Positions 47,513 to 58,364 of a DNA stretch of 64,000 nt are shown one piece after another (the stretch's first letter is position 1; each line of letters starts with the position of its first letter). The translations under genes and the position numbers were made by a program. This DNA is from Lachnospiraceae bacterium. GTDB taxonomy: Bacteria; Bacillota; Clostridia; Lachnospirales; Lachnospiraceae. The notes beneath the pieces were generated by a model. It searched no databases. It worked only from the letters and a program-made list of their open reading frames with translations, and was not told the origin of the DNA. The stretch spans positions 4,525 through 68,524 of the forward strand of contig JBGUIK010000058.1 of assembly GCA_045112915.1 (NCBI GenBank). Direction: 5' to 3'.

Positions 47513-47768
47513 TTTTGTACTATAAAAGTGTAATTGATAGGGAGTAATTACCACTGTCAGGTGCACATATTTTTAAATTCGATGAAGATGATGTTTGCTG
47601 TCGGATCTTGAAATTCGCTGCAGCCTTGCCGGACTGTTGTCTTCATTCAGTCCTCCATAGAGGCGTGACTTGAATGTTGCAATGTAGATTTATTTGATTT
47701 AAAATAATATTATCTATGACTATGTTCGAAGGAGGAGTGCCGCACCGTAAAGAGCGGACATCTTGTAC

Positions 47769-50405
47769 ATGAATTACACTACAGAGGCAATTGAGCGCAA
47801 AGTAGATCAGTTCGAGTCGACCTCCCAGGAGATCGAAAAGCGCGTCGGAGTCATTGTGATCCGGCTTCTGCTGATCGCGTTCATTTCAATCATCCTTGTC
47901 GGCGGGTTCGGCGTCTTCGGTATTCTGAGCGGCATTGTAGCCAACACTCCGGATGTCGCGTCGGTCAATATCGCGCCCAGCGGTTACGCCACATTCATCT
48001 ACGACTCGGAGGGAAATCAGCTTCAGAAACTGACAACGTCCAATTCGAACCGAATATCAGTCTCACTGGATAAAGTTCCGGTCGCGCTGCAGAAGGCTGT
48101 TATCGCTGTCGAGGATGAGAGATTTTATCTGCACAACGGTATTGATGCCAAGGGTATCGTCCGCGCGTTTGTCGTGGGCGTTCGAAACCGCTTCCGGTTC
48201 ACAGAAGGCGCGAGTACGATCACACAGCAGCTGCTGAAGAATAACGTATTCACGAACTGGACGGAGGAGAGCAGAGTTGACAGTGTCAAGAGAAAAATTC
48301 AGGAGCAGTTCCTTGCGGTTGAGCTTGAGGAGAAACTCGAGGAAGAGCTGGGAAGCAAGCAGGCGGCCAAGGACAGAATATTGGAGAACTATCTGAATAC
48401 GATCAACCTCGGCGCGGGCACATACGGAGTCCAGGCCGCCTCAAGAAAGTATTTCGGCAAGGACGTCGAATCGCTCACACTGTCCGAAGCTACGGTCATA
48501 GCCGGCATAACCCAGAATCCGAGCCGGTACAATCCGATCAGGCAGCCGGAGAAAAACGCCGAGCGCCGTATCAAGATCCTGAATGACATGGTCGAACAGG
48601 GATATATATCCCAGGAATCGATGGATGAGGCGCTGGCAGACCCGGTCTACGACAGAATCGCAAATGCTCAGAGTACCAATGAGCAGGTGACGACGATTTA
48701 CTCTTACTTCGTTGATGAACTGACAGAACAGGTCGTATCCGACCTTATGCGTCAGAAAGGGTATACAGAGAATCAGGCATATCAGGCCCTGTACTCCGGC
48801 GGTCTTCGCATATACACGACCCAGGATATGGAGATACAGGCAATCATGGATGAAGTGTATTCCAATCCCGCGAACTTCCCGCAAGGTACGAAGTATTCGC
48901 TTGACTGGGCTCTTTCCGTCGCGAATTCGGAGGGAGAAGTCACGAACTACAGCCGTGAGATGCTCCGCAATTTCTATCGTGAGAATCTGGATCCTTCTTT
49001 CAGTATCCTTGCGTTCGAATCCGAGGAGCAGGCAAGAAATTTTGTCAGCGACTATAAGTCGCATGTGGTGAACGAGGAGGCCGGAGATGTGATCATAGCG
49101 GAGAGATTCTCCTGCGCTCCGGAACCGCAGTCATCGATGGTCCTCATGGATCAGCGGACCGGCTACGTGAAAGCTCTCATTGGCGGCCGCGGAGAAAAGA
49201 CCGCTTCTCTGACTCTGAACCGCGCAACGAATTCGACCCGTCAGCCCGGTTCGACATTCAAGATCCTGTCCACTTATTCCTACGCTCTGGACAGCGGAAT
49301 GAAGACTCTCGCGTCGACATATCTCGATGATGAGATCACATACGAGGACGGCACCCCTGTATCGAACTCGAACAACACCTACACGCACGATATGATGAAT
49401 ATCAGGGACGCGATCATCAACTCCGTGAATACAATTGCGGTGCAGACGATCACGGACATCACGCCGAAGGCGGCATACAACCAGCTGCTCAAGTACGGCT
49501 TTACGACCCTTTCTGAAAGAAACGACGTCTATCAGCCGCTTGCGCTCGGCGGTATCTACAACGGTGTTACTAACCTTGAACTGACGGCGGCATTTGCGGC
49601 GATTGCAAATGAAGGCACATACACAAAACCGATCTTCTATACAAGAATAGAAGACCAGGATGGCAATATTGTCATCAACAACACGCCCGAGACGACCAGG
49701 GCTGTTTCCCGGGAGACAGCGGCTCTTCTCACAAATGCTATGCAGGACGTAGTCACCAAGGGAACCGGTCAGAATGTGCGTCTTGACTGCGGCATGCCCG
49801 TCGCCGGAAAGACCGGTACAACTACAGAGTACCGTGATGTCTGGTTCGTCGGCTATACACCGTATTATACATGCGGCGTCTGGGCAGGCTATGACGACTC
49901 GGAGAATCTGCCGGATGAAGGCATCTACCATGTCTACCATCAGATCCTCTGGAAGGAAGTCATGGACCGCATCTCAAGGAATCAGAGCAAGATCCAGTTC
50001 ATGCTTCCGAACACGATCACGCATGTGGAGGTCTGCTCTAAGACAGGTCTTATCCCCAGAGGAAGCTGTCCGTCCCATTGGGAATACTTTGCGCCGGGTA
50101 CGGCTCCGACCGAGACCTGCGGAGGATGGCGTGTCCACAGCGGGTATAACGAGGAAGAAGAGGAAGACTGGGACAGATGGGATTATGACTGGGATGACGG
50201 AGATGAAGAAGAGACCGGTCAGCAGGAGCAGAATAACCAGAATGACCAGGAGAATCAGGACAATCACGGAAATCAGGAAGGCGAGAATCAGAATACCAAT
50301 CAGAATGATGAGAATGAAAACGGCGCCGATGAGGAGCAGTCCGAAGGCAATGACGAGGACGGCGGAAACGACGAGAACTATGATGAGGACGAAGGCGACT
50401 ATTGA
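47769..50405 (+). CDS. Class A penicillin-binding protein (PBP1A family)
   Basis: Transglycosylase EDERFY.H.G, GASTITQQL, QKIQE-type motifs; transpeptidase STFK, SVN, KTG. Confidence 0.95.
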   Translation: MNYTTEAIERKVDQFESTSQEIEKRVGVIVIRLLLIAFISIILVGGFGVFGILSGIVANTPDVASVNIAPSGYATFIYDSEGNQLQKLTTSNSNRISVSLDKVPVALQKAVIAVEDERFYLHNGIDAKGIVRAFVVGVRNRFRFTEGASTITQQLLKNNVFTNWTEESRVDSVKRKIQEQFLAVELEEKLEEELGSKQAAKDRILENYLNTINLGAGTYGVQAASRKYFGKDVESLTLSEATVIAGITQNPSRYNPIRQPEKNAERRIKILNDMVEQGYISQESMDEALADPVYDRIANAQSTNEQVTTIYSYFVDELTEQVVSDLMRQKGYTENQAYQALYSGGLRIYTTQDMEIQAIMDEVYSNPANFPQGTKYSLDWALSVANSEGEVTNYSREMLRNFYRENLDPSFSILAFESEEQARNFVSDYKSHVVNEEAGDVIIAERFSCAPEPQSSMVLMDQRTGYVKALIGGRGEKTASLTLNRATNSTRQPGSTFKILSTYSYALDSGMKTLASTYLDDEITYEDGTPVSNSNNTYTHDMMNIRDAIINSVNTIAVQTITDITPKAAYNQLLKYGFTTLSERNDVYQPLALGGIYNGVTNLELTAAFAAIANEGTYTKPIFYTRIEDQDGNIVINNTPETTRAVSRETAALLTNAMQDVVTKGTGQNVRLDCGMPVAGKTGTTTEYRDVWFVGYTPYYTCGVWAGYDDSENLPDEGIYHVYHQILWKEVMDRISRNQSKIQFMLPNTITHVEVCSKTGLIPRGSCPSHWEYFAPGTAPTETCGGWRVHSGYNEEEEEDWDRWDYDWDDGDEEETGQQEQNNQNDQENQDNHGNQEGENQNTNQNDENENGADEEQSEGNDEDGGNDENYDEDEGDY

Positions 50406-50458
50406 TTTGAAGACATTCGCAGCCTGAAAGCCGGTAGATGGGCCGAACGAAACGAAAT

Positions 50459-50506
50459 AAAGCTGCATATGACGACACGGGAATGTGCCGTTCATATGCA
50501 GCTTTT
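50459..50506. terminator. Bidirectional terminator
   Basis: AAAGCTGCATATGA/TCATATGCAGCTTT between convergent genes. Confidence 0.8.
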
Positions 50507-50585
50507 TCAACTCTTACGCTATGATTTGATGACTGGTAAATAGCAGGGGCACGTCAGACCGCAAGGTTCCTTCCGGGATCAGGTA

Positions 50586-51518
50586 TTATACTACGAGCTT
50601 GGCTGCTCCGTACATGCCCGCATCGTTGCCGAGTTTTGCGAGCACGATCGGTGTATTGGCGCAGGATGAGAATGCGCGTGTGCGGTAGTACTTGCCGACT
50701 ATGTCTGTGAGGGCTTCTCCTGCCTTGGAGACACCGCCGCCGATGACGATGATTTCCGGGTCTGTTACACATGCAAATGTAGCAAGCGCTGTTCCGAGGT
50801 AGGATGCGAATCTGTTGACGATCGCCGTAGCGACAGCATCGCCATCCTTGTATGCGTCGAAGACAGCCTTGGACGTGACTTCCTGATCACGCAGGGCTGT
50901 GACAGCGGCCGGGTTTTTCAGGAGCTCTTCTTTAGCAAGACGGACAACGCCTGTTGCGGACGCGACCTGCTCGAGACAGCCGTAGTTTCCGCAGTTGCAC
51001 GGATCCTTAATGTTGTCGTCTACGTGAGCATGGCCGATTTCACCGCCGGCGCCATGGGAACCTTCGATGATTTTCCCGTCGACAATGATGCCGCCGCCGA
51101 CACCTGTTCCCAGTGTGACCATGATAAGGTTCTCCTTGCCTTCTCCGCCGCCTTTCCAGAGCTCGCCAAGGGCTGCGACATTGGCGTCATTGCCAGCGCG
51201 GACTTTCATGTCGAGAATAGAACCCAGTTCATATTCGACATTTTTTTCTCCCCAGTGAAGGTTGACGGCTACCGGGACGACACCCTGCATGACCGGTCCC
51301 GGGATGCCTACGCCCACACCTACAACATCATCTTTGGCAATGCCCTTTACTGTCATCTTTGCGATGATCGTCGCAGCGATGTCCGGGAGAACATTTTCAC
51401 CGCCGTTTTCTGTTCGAGTAACGATTTCCCACTTGTCTAAGAGTGTGCCGTCCGTCTCAAAGAGACCGCACTTTACGGTGGTTCCGCCTACATCGATACC
51501 AAAACAATACTTGCCCAT
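50586..51518 (-). CDS. ROK family glucokinase
   Basis: GIDVGGT, NDANVAALGE, GTGVGGG, CNCGNYGCLE. Confidence 0.95.
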   Translation of the reverse strand: MGKYCFGIDVGGTTVKCGLFETDGTLLDKWEIVTRTENGGENVLPDIAATIIAKMTVKGIAKDDVVGVGVGIPGPVMQGVVPVAVNLHWGEKNVEYELGSILDMKVRAGNDANVAALGELWKGGGEGKENLIMVTLGTGVGGGIIVDGKIIEGSHGAGGEIGHAHVDDNIKDPCNCGNYGCLEQVASATGVVRLAKEELLKNPAAVTALRDQEVTSKAVFDAYKDGDAVATAIVNRFASYLGTALATFACVTDPEIIVIGGGVSKAGEALTDIVGKYYRTRAFSSCANTPIVLAKLGNDAGMYGAAKLVV

Positions 51519-52459
51519 TAGATATCACCTCTCTTGTTCATTATATTCTCCTGCACACGCCTGTAGAGCTCATGCGCAGCATTGTAACCCATTTTCTTCT
51601 GCCTGTGGTTGACTGCGGCAGTTTCGACGATGACAGCGAGATTGCGGCCCGGCCGGATCGGCAGTGAGTGGCAGGTGACTTTGTTCCCGAGAAATTCAGT
51701 CGTCTGCTCCTCCAGCCCAAGCCGGTCATATTCCTTTTCCCGGCTCCAGTCCTCCAGCTTGATGACGAGGTCGATAGCCTGTGAATCCTTGACATGCTCA
51801 ACGCCGTACAGTGTCTTTACATCAATGATACCAATGCCGCGGAGCTCTATAAGATGTTTGGTGACATCCGGAGCGCATCCGAGCAGTGTGGCATCAGAGA
51901 CTTTACGGATAATGACCACATCGTCACTGACCAGACGATGCCCTCGGCGTACGAGCTCGAGCGCGGCTTCAGACTTGCCTATTCCGCTCTCGCCCATGAT
52001 CAGGACACCTTCGCCGTAGACGTCGACAAGAACACCGTGAATCGAAATGCTCGGAGCCAGCTCAACGCCGAGCCACCTGATGATTTCTGCCATAAAAGCG
52101 CTGGTCGTGCGCGTTGTGACAAGGGCGGGGACATTATACTTCTTGCATATGAACAGCATATCCTCCGTCGGCTCCGTCAGTGTCGTGAAAATGACACATG
52201 GGATGCCGCTGGAGATGAATTTTTCGAAACATACCGAGCGTTCATTTTCTTCTTTCTGCATGAGGTAAGTATATTCGACATAGCCGATAATCTGAACACG
52301 TTCATGGGAAAAGTGCTCATAATAGCCGGCGAGCTGCAGTGCGGGCCGGTTGATTTCCTGAGAGGTGATCTCCACCTCATCCATGCTGATTTCAGGGGTC
52401 AGATTCTTAAGTTTCATTTCCTCTGCCAGCTTGCTGAGCTGAACAACAGTCTTCATCAT
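51518..52459 (-). CDS. hprK: HPr kinase/phosphorylase
   Basis: INRPALQLAG, HGVLVDVYGEG, GESGIGKSE, LELRGIGI-like ELRGIGIID. Confidence 0.97.
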   Translation of the reverse strand: MMKTVVQLSKLAEEMKLKNLTPEISMDEVEITSQEINRPALQLAGYYEHFSHERVQIIGYVEYTYLMQKEENERSVCFEKFISSGIPCVIFTTLTEPTEDMLFICKKYNVPALVTTRTTSAFMAEIIRWLGVELAPSISIHGVLVDVYGEGVLIMGESGIGKSEAALELVRRGHRLVSDDVVIIRKVSDATLLGCAPDVTKHLIELRGIGIIDVKTLYGVEHVKDSQAIDLVIKLEDWSREKEYDRLGLEEQTTEFLGNKVTCHSLPIRPGRNLAVIVETAAVNHRQKKMGYNAAHELYRRVQENIMNKRGDI

Positions 52460-52479
52460 GAAACCTCTTTTCTATTTTA

Positions 52480-52555
52480 TTCAAGTTACGCTCGCGGGAT
52501 CCGGTGCGGAATCCCGGTCAGCTCCGGCAGACACCTTCCGAACCGAAATCCTGCG
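52480..52555 (+). repeat. Family A/C copy
   Basis: TTCAAGTTACGCTCGCGGGATCC...CTTCCGAACCGAAATCCTGCG aligns along its length with 26488-26563. Confidence 0.75.
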
Positions 52556-52890
52556 TTATATTTAAGTTTAACACACGGAGGTAGATTAAACAACATTGTT
52601 GTTCCCATTTGAAGGGACGCTGAGAATGCAGGGAGCTGCGGGAATGTAATAAGCGGAAACGGTCCGGATCCGGAGATTTCATTTCCGGGCTGAAACTCGA
52701 TTTGCGTGAAATTATAATCTGTAAAATAAGTGTGAAGAGTGTTACATGTTTATTAAATATTGTCGTATCTATATAAAAATCAGAAAATTTATGTTATCAT
52801 ATACCTACATATAGCACTAACAGGTATGCACTATGTCCATATGTTGTTTGGCATGTGCATACATTTTTCATCTTAAAGGGAGATACGGCT

Positions 52891-55323
52891 ATGTGTAAGA
52901 GAATAAAGCGTTTTATATTAATACTCACGGCTATTTGCGTTATGCTGACCCTGACTGTGTCTCCGGTTATGGGTGAACAATATTCCTGCACGGAAAATGC
53001 GCCTTGTCCGCATGAGGATTTGGCAGCGCCCCATGTGTCTTCGGCTGAGACTGCGAAGAGCATTCCGGATGGACCCGGTGAAGAGCAGACGCTTTTTGAG
53101 GACTGGGCCGAAGAGCGGCTGTGCGATGAATGCCGGACTGAAGAGCAGCCGTTTTTTGAAAGCGGGCTCGAAGAGCAGCCGGCACCTGAAGTATGTCCGG
53201 AAGAACAGATGGCGTCTCATATCACTGAAGAAGAGCAGCCGGCGGCGGTATCCTGTGAAGAGACGTGTGACGGCGAAAATTTCCGTGATTCCGGTGAGCG
53301 GGAGAAGTCCTTCGATTATGTCACGGATGAGGAGAGATATGCAAGATATTATGAATCTCTCCGGGAGTTCGATGCTCCTTCTCCCAACGAAGGCGGACAG
53401 GAAGAAGACGAGGAGCTGGTCGGAGCCAATGTCCCCTCCTACTATATCACATCCCGGCTCACACCGGTGAGAGATCAGGGAACATCCGCTCTCTGCTGGG
53501 CTTTTTCCGCGGCAGCTATTCTGGAGACATCTCTCCTTCAGAAATATTCCGGTGAGAACAAGAATACGCTTGACCTGTCTGAAGAACAGCTGGCTTATTT
53601 CTATTTCAACAGGCAGAACGACCCTCTTCGGAATACCGGGGATATGAAAATGATCTATGTGGACTCGGCTGAACCGACTGCTTACAGATATGTGTCCGGC
53701 AGTCCGATTTATCTTCTTCAGGAACTCAGCACCGGCCAGGGGATAGCGAAGGAAAACGATGTGCCGTTTCATCTCACACGGTACGTTGATTCGATTGGGA
53801 ACGTGCATTATAAGGAGTCGGCATCGATTCCGTCAAAGAGTAAAGCCTATCTGTCTTATGCCGGAGTTGAGGGCTACGAGACATTTGATTACAGTGTTGA
53901 CAAAGTAAAAAAAGAGATCATGGAAAACGGAGCTGTCTCCGTTTCCATGTACTATGCGAACGCGTCGAGGAACCTGACTACGAACGGCTACTATGATCCG
54001 TCCCACAGAAGGAGCAATCATGTGGTCACGCTGGTGGGCTGGAATGATTCATTTGCAGTATCAAAATTTAACAGCAGTTCCGGCAGACCGGGAAAGAGCG
54101 GAGCTTGGATCGTCAAGAACTCCTGGGGGGATGACTGGGGTGACGGCGGATACTTCTATATATCCTATGAAAACGCGACAATGCTCGGCTGCGTGTCCGT
54201 ATCGGCAATAAAGACTTCGCAGAGAAAATATCCGAATCTGTATTTCTACGATGGACTTGCAATGGTGGGCAACTCGTGCTGTCTTGACCCGGTCTCCGCA
54301 GTGAGCGGTGAAAACATGACCGCTGGCGCGAATGTCTATGAAGTCAAGGCCGGCGCCGGGCGAGGCGAGGCCATTGGTGAGATTTCGCTGTGTGCCTGGA
54401 CCGGTAACGGCAGGTACAAAGTGACTGTATTTACCGATCTTCTCGACACGGACGATCCGACGAGCGGAAGAAAGGCTGTCAGCCAGACTGTGCAGATGAA
54501 TGGGGCGGGACTTAATACCTTCCGACTGCAGAAGGAAATCGTGGTGAGCGCAGGCAGCTGGTACTCGATCGTCGTTGAAAATGTCGGGTCCGGGACCGAG
54601 TCATTTGCCGCCCAGAGACGGCAGCAGGTGAGAGACGTTCTATTTGAGACGGATAACCTTTACTGCAGGAGCCTTGTGAGAAAGCCGGGCGGAAGATGGA
54701 TGGATCTGGCAGAGGACGGTGACGGGGAAGTGCTGCGCATACGTGCGGCGACGAGAACGCTCAGTACCGCTAAGGCGCCGAGAAAAGTCTTCTCAGATGT
54801 TCTGGATCCCAGTCACCCATACTACGGAGCAATCTACTGGGCTGCGGATAAAGGCATCGCCGGGGGCTACAGTGACGGGACTTTCGGAATAAACAGGACC
54901 TGTACCAGAGGGGAAGCGATCCGTTTCCTGTGGTGCTTCGCGGGGAAACCGGAGCCGAAGCGCACACCTGAGCTTTCCTTCAGGGATGTGCCGAAGTCCG
55001 GAGGGTTCTACAAACCCATACTGTGGGCGTACCAGAAAGGTATTGCCGGAGGTTACAGTGACGGGACTTTCCGCGTGAACGAGAAATGTACGAGGGGACA
55101 TATCATGATGTTCATATGGAAATATATGGGAAAACCGGCACCTAAGACGTCTTCGGTATCGCCGTTTCGTGATGTCCCAAAGCAGCATGGGTTCTACAAG
55201 GCGATTCTCTTTGGATATCAGAAGGGAATCACCCGGGGATTCCCTGATGGTACTTTCGGGGTCGACACGAACTGCACACGCGGCCACATCATTAAATTCC
55301 TGCATAATTTAAGCAAACAGTGA
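52891..55323 (+). CDS. Secreted papain-like (C1A) cysteine peptidase with a lectin-like domain and three SLH repeats
   Basis: Signal peptide; DQGTSALCWAF (Cys), NHVVTLVGW (His), VKNSWG (Asn); three F.DV...G...GTF....CTRG SLH repeats. Confidence 0.9.
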   Translation: MCKRIKRFILILTAICVMLTLTVSPVMGEQYSCTENAPCPHEDLAAPHVSSAETAKSIPDGPGEEQTLFEDWAEERLCDECRTEEQPFFESGLEEQPAPEVCPEEQMASHITEEEQPAAVSCEETCDGENFRDSGEREKSFDYVTDEERYARYYESLREFDAPSPNEGGQEEDEELVGANVPSYYITSRLTPVRDQGTSALCWAFSAAAILETSLLQKYSGENKNTLDLSEEQLAYFYFNRQNDPLRNTGDMKMIYVDSAEPTAYRYVSGSPIYLLQELSTGQGIAKENDVPFHLTRYVDSIGNVHYKESASIPSKSKAYLSYAGVEGYETFDYSVDKVKKEIMENGAVSVSMYYANASRNLTTNGYYDPSHRRSNHVVTLVGWNDSFAVSKFNSSSGRPGKSGAWIVKNSWGDDWGDGGYFYISYENATMLGCVSVSAIKTSQRKYPNLYFYDGLAMVGNSCCLDPVSAVSGENMTAGANVYEVKAGAGRGEAIGEISLCAWTGNGRYKVTVFTDLLDTDDPTSGRKAVSQTVQMNGAGLNTFRLQKEIVVSAGSWYSIVVENVGSGTESFAAQRRQQVRDVLFETDNLYCRSLVRKPGGRWMDLAEDGDGEVLRIRAATRTLSTAKAPRKVFSDVLDPSHPYYGAIYWAADKGIAGGYSDGTFGINRTCTRGEAIRFLWCFAGKPEPKRTPELSFRDVPKSGGFYKPILWAYQKGIAGGYSDGTFRVNEKCTRGHIMMFIWKYMGKPAPKTSSVSPFRDVPKQHGFYKAILFGYQKGITRGFPDGTFGVDTNCTRGHIIKFLHNLSKQ

Positions 55324-55354
55324 TATGGTCCGGGACAACCGGTGAACTCTCCGG

Positions 55355-55448
55355 GGCTGCCGTTTAAGACGGCGCCGCTTATACATACAGCAGATAGCTG
55401 CGGCAGTTGCCGATGTAGAATGCGGTGATACGTCTTATTGCGGCAGCC
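55355..55448. repeat. Family B copy
   Basis: GGCTGCCGTTTAAGACG...CGTCTTATTGCGGCAGCC. Confidence 0.7.
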
Positions 55449-55609
55449 TTTCGTATTATGCGGTCATGTGAACGAGACTTCACTAACGCGTGAATTGCGG
55501 ACTATACTGTCTGCGTGTTATAATCGGAATGCTGAAACATGTTCCTGCGGCAGGAACGTCAAAGAGGAAATATAAAGAAGATAAGACAGAGGACGCCGAC
55601 CGGCTGAAA

Positions 55610-57550
55610 ATGAGTGAAAACAAAGATTTTAATATAGAGGAAGAACTGAAAAAGCTGCCCGGAAGTCCCGGGGTCTATATCATGCATGACGTACACGACG
55701 ATATTATCTACGTCGGAAAGGCAGTAAGTCTCAAGAACCGCGTGCGCCAGTATTTTCAGACAGGCTATAAGAAAAGCCCGAAGATCATGCGCATGGTGCA
55801 GAATATCGAGCGATTTGAGTATATAGTTACGTCGAGCGAGCTTGAAGCCCTTGTTCTTGAATCCAATCTCATCAAGGAACACAGACCGAAATATAATACG
55901 ATGCTGAAGGATGACAAGAGCTATCCGTACATTAAGGTGACGATCGGCGAGGATTTTCCGCGTATCATGATCGCCAGAAGCATGAAAAAGGATACGTCAA
56001 AGTACTTCGGACCCTACACGAACTCGACCGCGGTCAGAGATATTATTGAACTGCTCAGAAAGCTCTATCACATCCGGACGTGCTCTAAAAAACTGCCTCA
56101 GGATACCGGGAAGGACAGACCGTGTCTTTACTACCATATCGGCCAGTGTCCTGCGCCATGCCAGGGATATATCACAAAAGAGGCTTACGGAGAAAACATT
56201 AAGCGCATGCTTGACTTTCTCAAGGGTCATTATCAGGAGGAAATAGATCGACTCACTGAAAAAATGATGACTGCCTCAATGGAAATGCGATATGAGGAGG
56301 CGGCGGAAATACGGGACCTTATCGAGAGCATAAGACAGATCGGTGAGCGCCAGAAGATCACCGGTTCCGATGGAGATGACAGAGATATTATCGCGATCGC
56401 GATGGATACCCAGGAACAGGCAGGCCTTGTGCTCACGGATGAGGCCAATTTCAGTCCCGACCTCACAGGGACCCGGAATGCAGTCGTGCAGGTCTTTTTT
56501 GTTCGTGAGGGCAAGCTGATAGGCAGGGAGCATTTCTTCCTGACAGCCGATGACACTGACGACCCTGCCTGTGTGATTGCCAGTTTTATATCACAGTATT
56601 ACTCGGGCACTCCGTTCGTTCCGAAGGAGCTTATGCTCGAATATGACATTCCCGACCGCGAGCTGCTATCCAAGTGGCTCTCCGATAAGCGGGGCTCCAG
56701 GGTCAGGATCCGGATTCCGCTAAAGGGCATGAAAGAAAAACTTGTCGCGCTTGCCCATGAGAATGCGGAGATGGTTCTTTCAAGGGACAGGGAGAGACTG
56801 AAGCGCGAGGAACTGAGGACGATCGGCGCGGTGAAAGAAATTGCGGCCCTACTTGGACTTGAGCGGGCAGAACGCATTGAATCCTACGATATATCCAATA
56901 TCAGCGGATTCGATTCCGTCGGCTCTATGGTCGTGTACGTGAAGGGAAAGCCTAAGAAGAACGATTACAGGAAGTTCAAGATCAAGTGGGTCGCGGGACC
57001 CGATGATTACGCCAGCATGGACGAAGTGCTCACCCGGCGCTTTTTGCGGGCAAGAGATGGCTCGGAAGGATTCACTGATCTGCCCGATATCATTCTGATG
57101 GACGGCGGAAAAGGACAGGTCCACATTGCAGAGGAGGTCCTTCGGAGAGTCGGGTTTGACATCCCGGTCGCCGGCATGGTGAAAGACGACTACCACAGGA
57201 CGCGCGGCCTGTATTTCAATGACCGGGAGATACCGATCGCAAGAGATTCGGAGGGGTTCAAGCTGCTCACACGGATCCAGGACGAAGTCCATAGATTTGC
57301 CATTGAATATCACAGGCAGCTGCGCAGCAAGGGGCAGGTCCGATCTGTCCTTGATGAGATCGAAGGTATCGGGCCGACAAGACGAAAAGCTCTTCTTCGC
57401 ACTTTCAAGACGGCGGAGAAGATCCGCGATGCCTCATATGAGGAACTGCTGCATGCGCCTTCTATGAATGCCAATTCGGCACGGAGTGTATACGACTTTT
57501 TTCACAACAAGGATAGCGGACCGGTCGTGACAGAAGATGACAGTATGTAA
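55610..57550 (+). CDS. uvrC: Excinuclease ABC subunit C
   Basis: GIY-YIG PGVYIM..IYVGKA, RIESYDISN, QDEVHRFAI, C-terminal HhH. Confidence 0.97.
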   Translation: MSENKDFNIEEELKKLPGSPGVYIMHDVHDDIIYVGKAVSLKNRVRQYFQTGYKKSPKIMRMVQNIERFEYIVTSSELEALVLESNLIKEHRPKYNTMLKDDKSYPYIKVTIGEDFPRIMIARSMKKDTSKYFGPYTNSTAVRDIIELLRKLYHIRTCSKKLPQDTGKDRPCLYYHIGQCPAPCQGYITKEAYGENIKRMLDFLKGHYQEEIDRLTEKMMTASMEMRYEEAAEIRDLIESIRQIGERQKITGSDGDDRDIIAIAMDTQEQAGLVLTDEANFSPDLTGTRNAVVQVFFVREGKLIGREHFFLTADDTDDPACVIASFISQYYSGTPFVPKELMLEYDIPDRELLSKWLSDKRGSRVRIRIPLKGMKEKLVALAHENAEMVLSRDRERLKREELRTIGAVKEIAALLGLERAERIESYDISNISGFDSVGSMVVYVKGKPKKNDYRKFKIKWVAGPDDYASMDEVLTRRFLRARDGSEGFTDLPDIILMDGGKGQVHIAEEVLRRVGFDIPVAGMVKDDYHRTRGLYFNDREIPIARDSEGFKLLTRIQDEVHRFAIEYHRQLRSKGQVRSVLDEIEGIGPTRRKALLRTFKTAEKIRDASYEELLHAPSMNANSARSVYDFFHNKDSGPVVTEDDSM

Positions 57551-57624
57551 AGCGGGTCTTATGCGACAGGAGACGATAAGTGAGAGCTTCTGCGAGCGGG
57601 ACCTGATTATCAGAGTGGAGATTT

Positions 57625-58269
57625 ATGGATAGTTATAAGACAGTCCGAACAAGCGGACAGGGAGAATACGTAGAGAAAAAATCCAGATTTATCGGCGCGG
57701 TCTACCATGCGGAAACTCTGGAGGAGGCGGAGTCATATCTTGCGGCAGCCAGAAGAAAGTATTATGACGCAAGACACAATTGCTTTGCATGTGTTGTCGG
57801 TACTCCGGGAACGCCCGAAGAAATTGTGAGGTCCAATGATGACGGGGAACCCGGCGGGACAGCCGGCAAGCCGATGCTGGAGGTGCTTTCCGGCGCCGGA
57901 CTGCATTATACAGCCTGCGTGGTGACGAGGTATTTCGGCGGTACGCTGCTTGGAACCGGCGGACTTGTGCGCGCTTATACCGCGGCGGTAAAGGAGGCAC
58001 TTAAGAACGCGGAGGTCATAGAAGTCATACGCGGGTCTGAATTGGTGATCCGGGTGACCTATCCTCAGGCAGGCAAGCTTCAATATGTTTTTGCCCGCGA
58101 GAATCTTCCGGCCTGTGAGATCGAATATGGTCAGGACGTGATCATGCATCAGTTTGTCCCGCGGCAGGACGTTCAGAGGATAAGAAAACTGGTGATTGAG
58201 AATACAGATGGCAAGGCTGAATTTATCGAGGAAAATGAGAAGGAATTTACGACCCTGCCTCGATCATGA
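57625..58269 (+). CDS. YigZ/IMPACT family protein
   Basis: EKKSRFI, DARHNC, DDGEPGGTAGKP, RYFGGTLLGTGGLVRAY. Confidence 0.95.
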   Translation: MDSYKTVRTSGQGEYVEKKSRFIGAVYHAETLEEAESYLAAARRKYYDARHNCFACVVGTPGTPEEIVRSNDDGEPGGTAGKPMLEVLSGAGLHYTACVVTRYFGGTLLGTGGLVRAYTAAVKEALKNAEVIEVIRGSELVIRVTYPQAGKLQYVFARENLPACEIEYGQDVIMHQFVPRQDVQRIRKLVIENTDGKAEFIEENEKEFTTLPRS

Positions 58270-58284
58270 GACCTGGCGCAGAGC

Positions 58285-58319
58285 TTATCTCAGCGGGAGA
58301 TGAACTTCCGCCGAGATAA
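58285..58319 (+). repeat. Truncated family D hairpin
   Basis: TTATCTCAGCGGGAG...CTTCCGCCGAGATAA shares the TATCTCAGCGGG start with 36738. Confidence 0.5.
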
Positions 58320-58364
58320 AAAGAGCTGCCGCAAGTGACAACTCTTTTTGTCTCTGAAATATTC

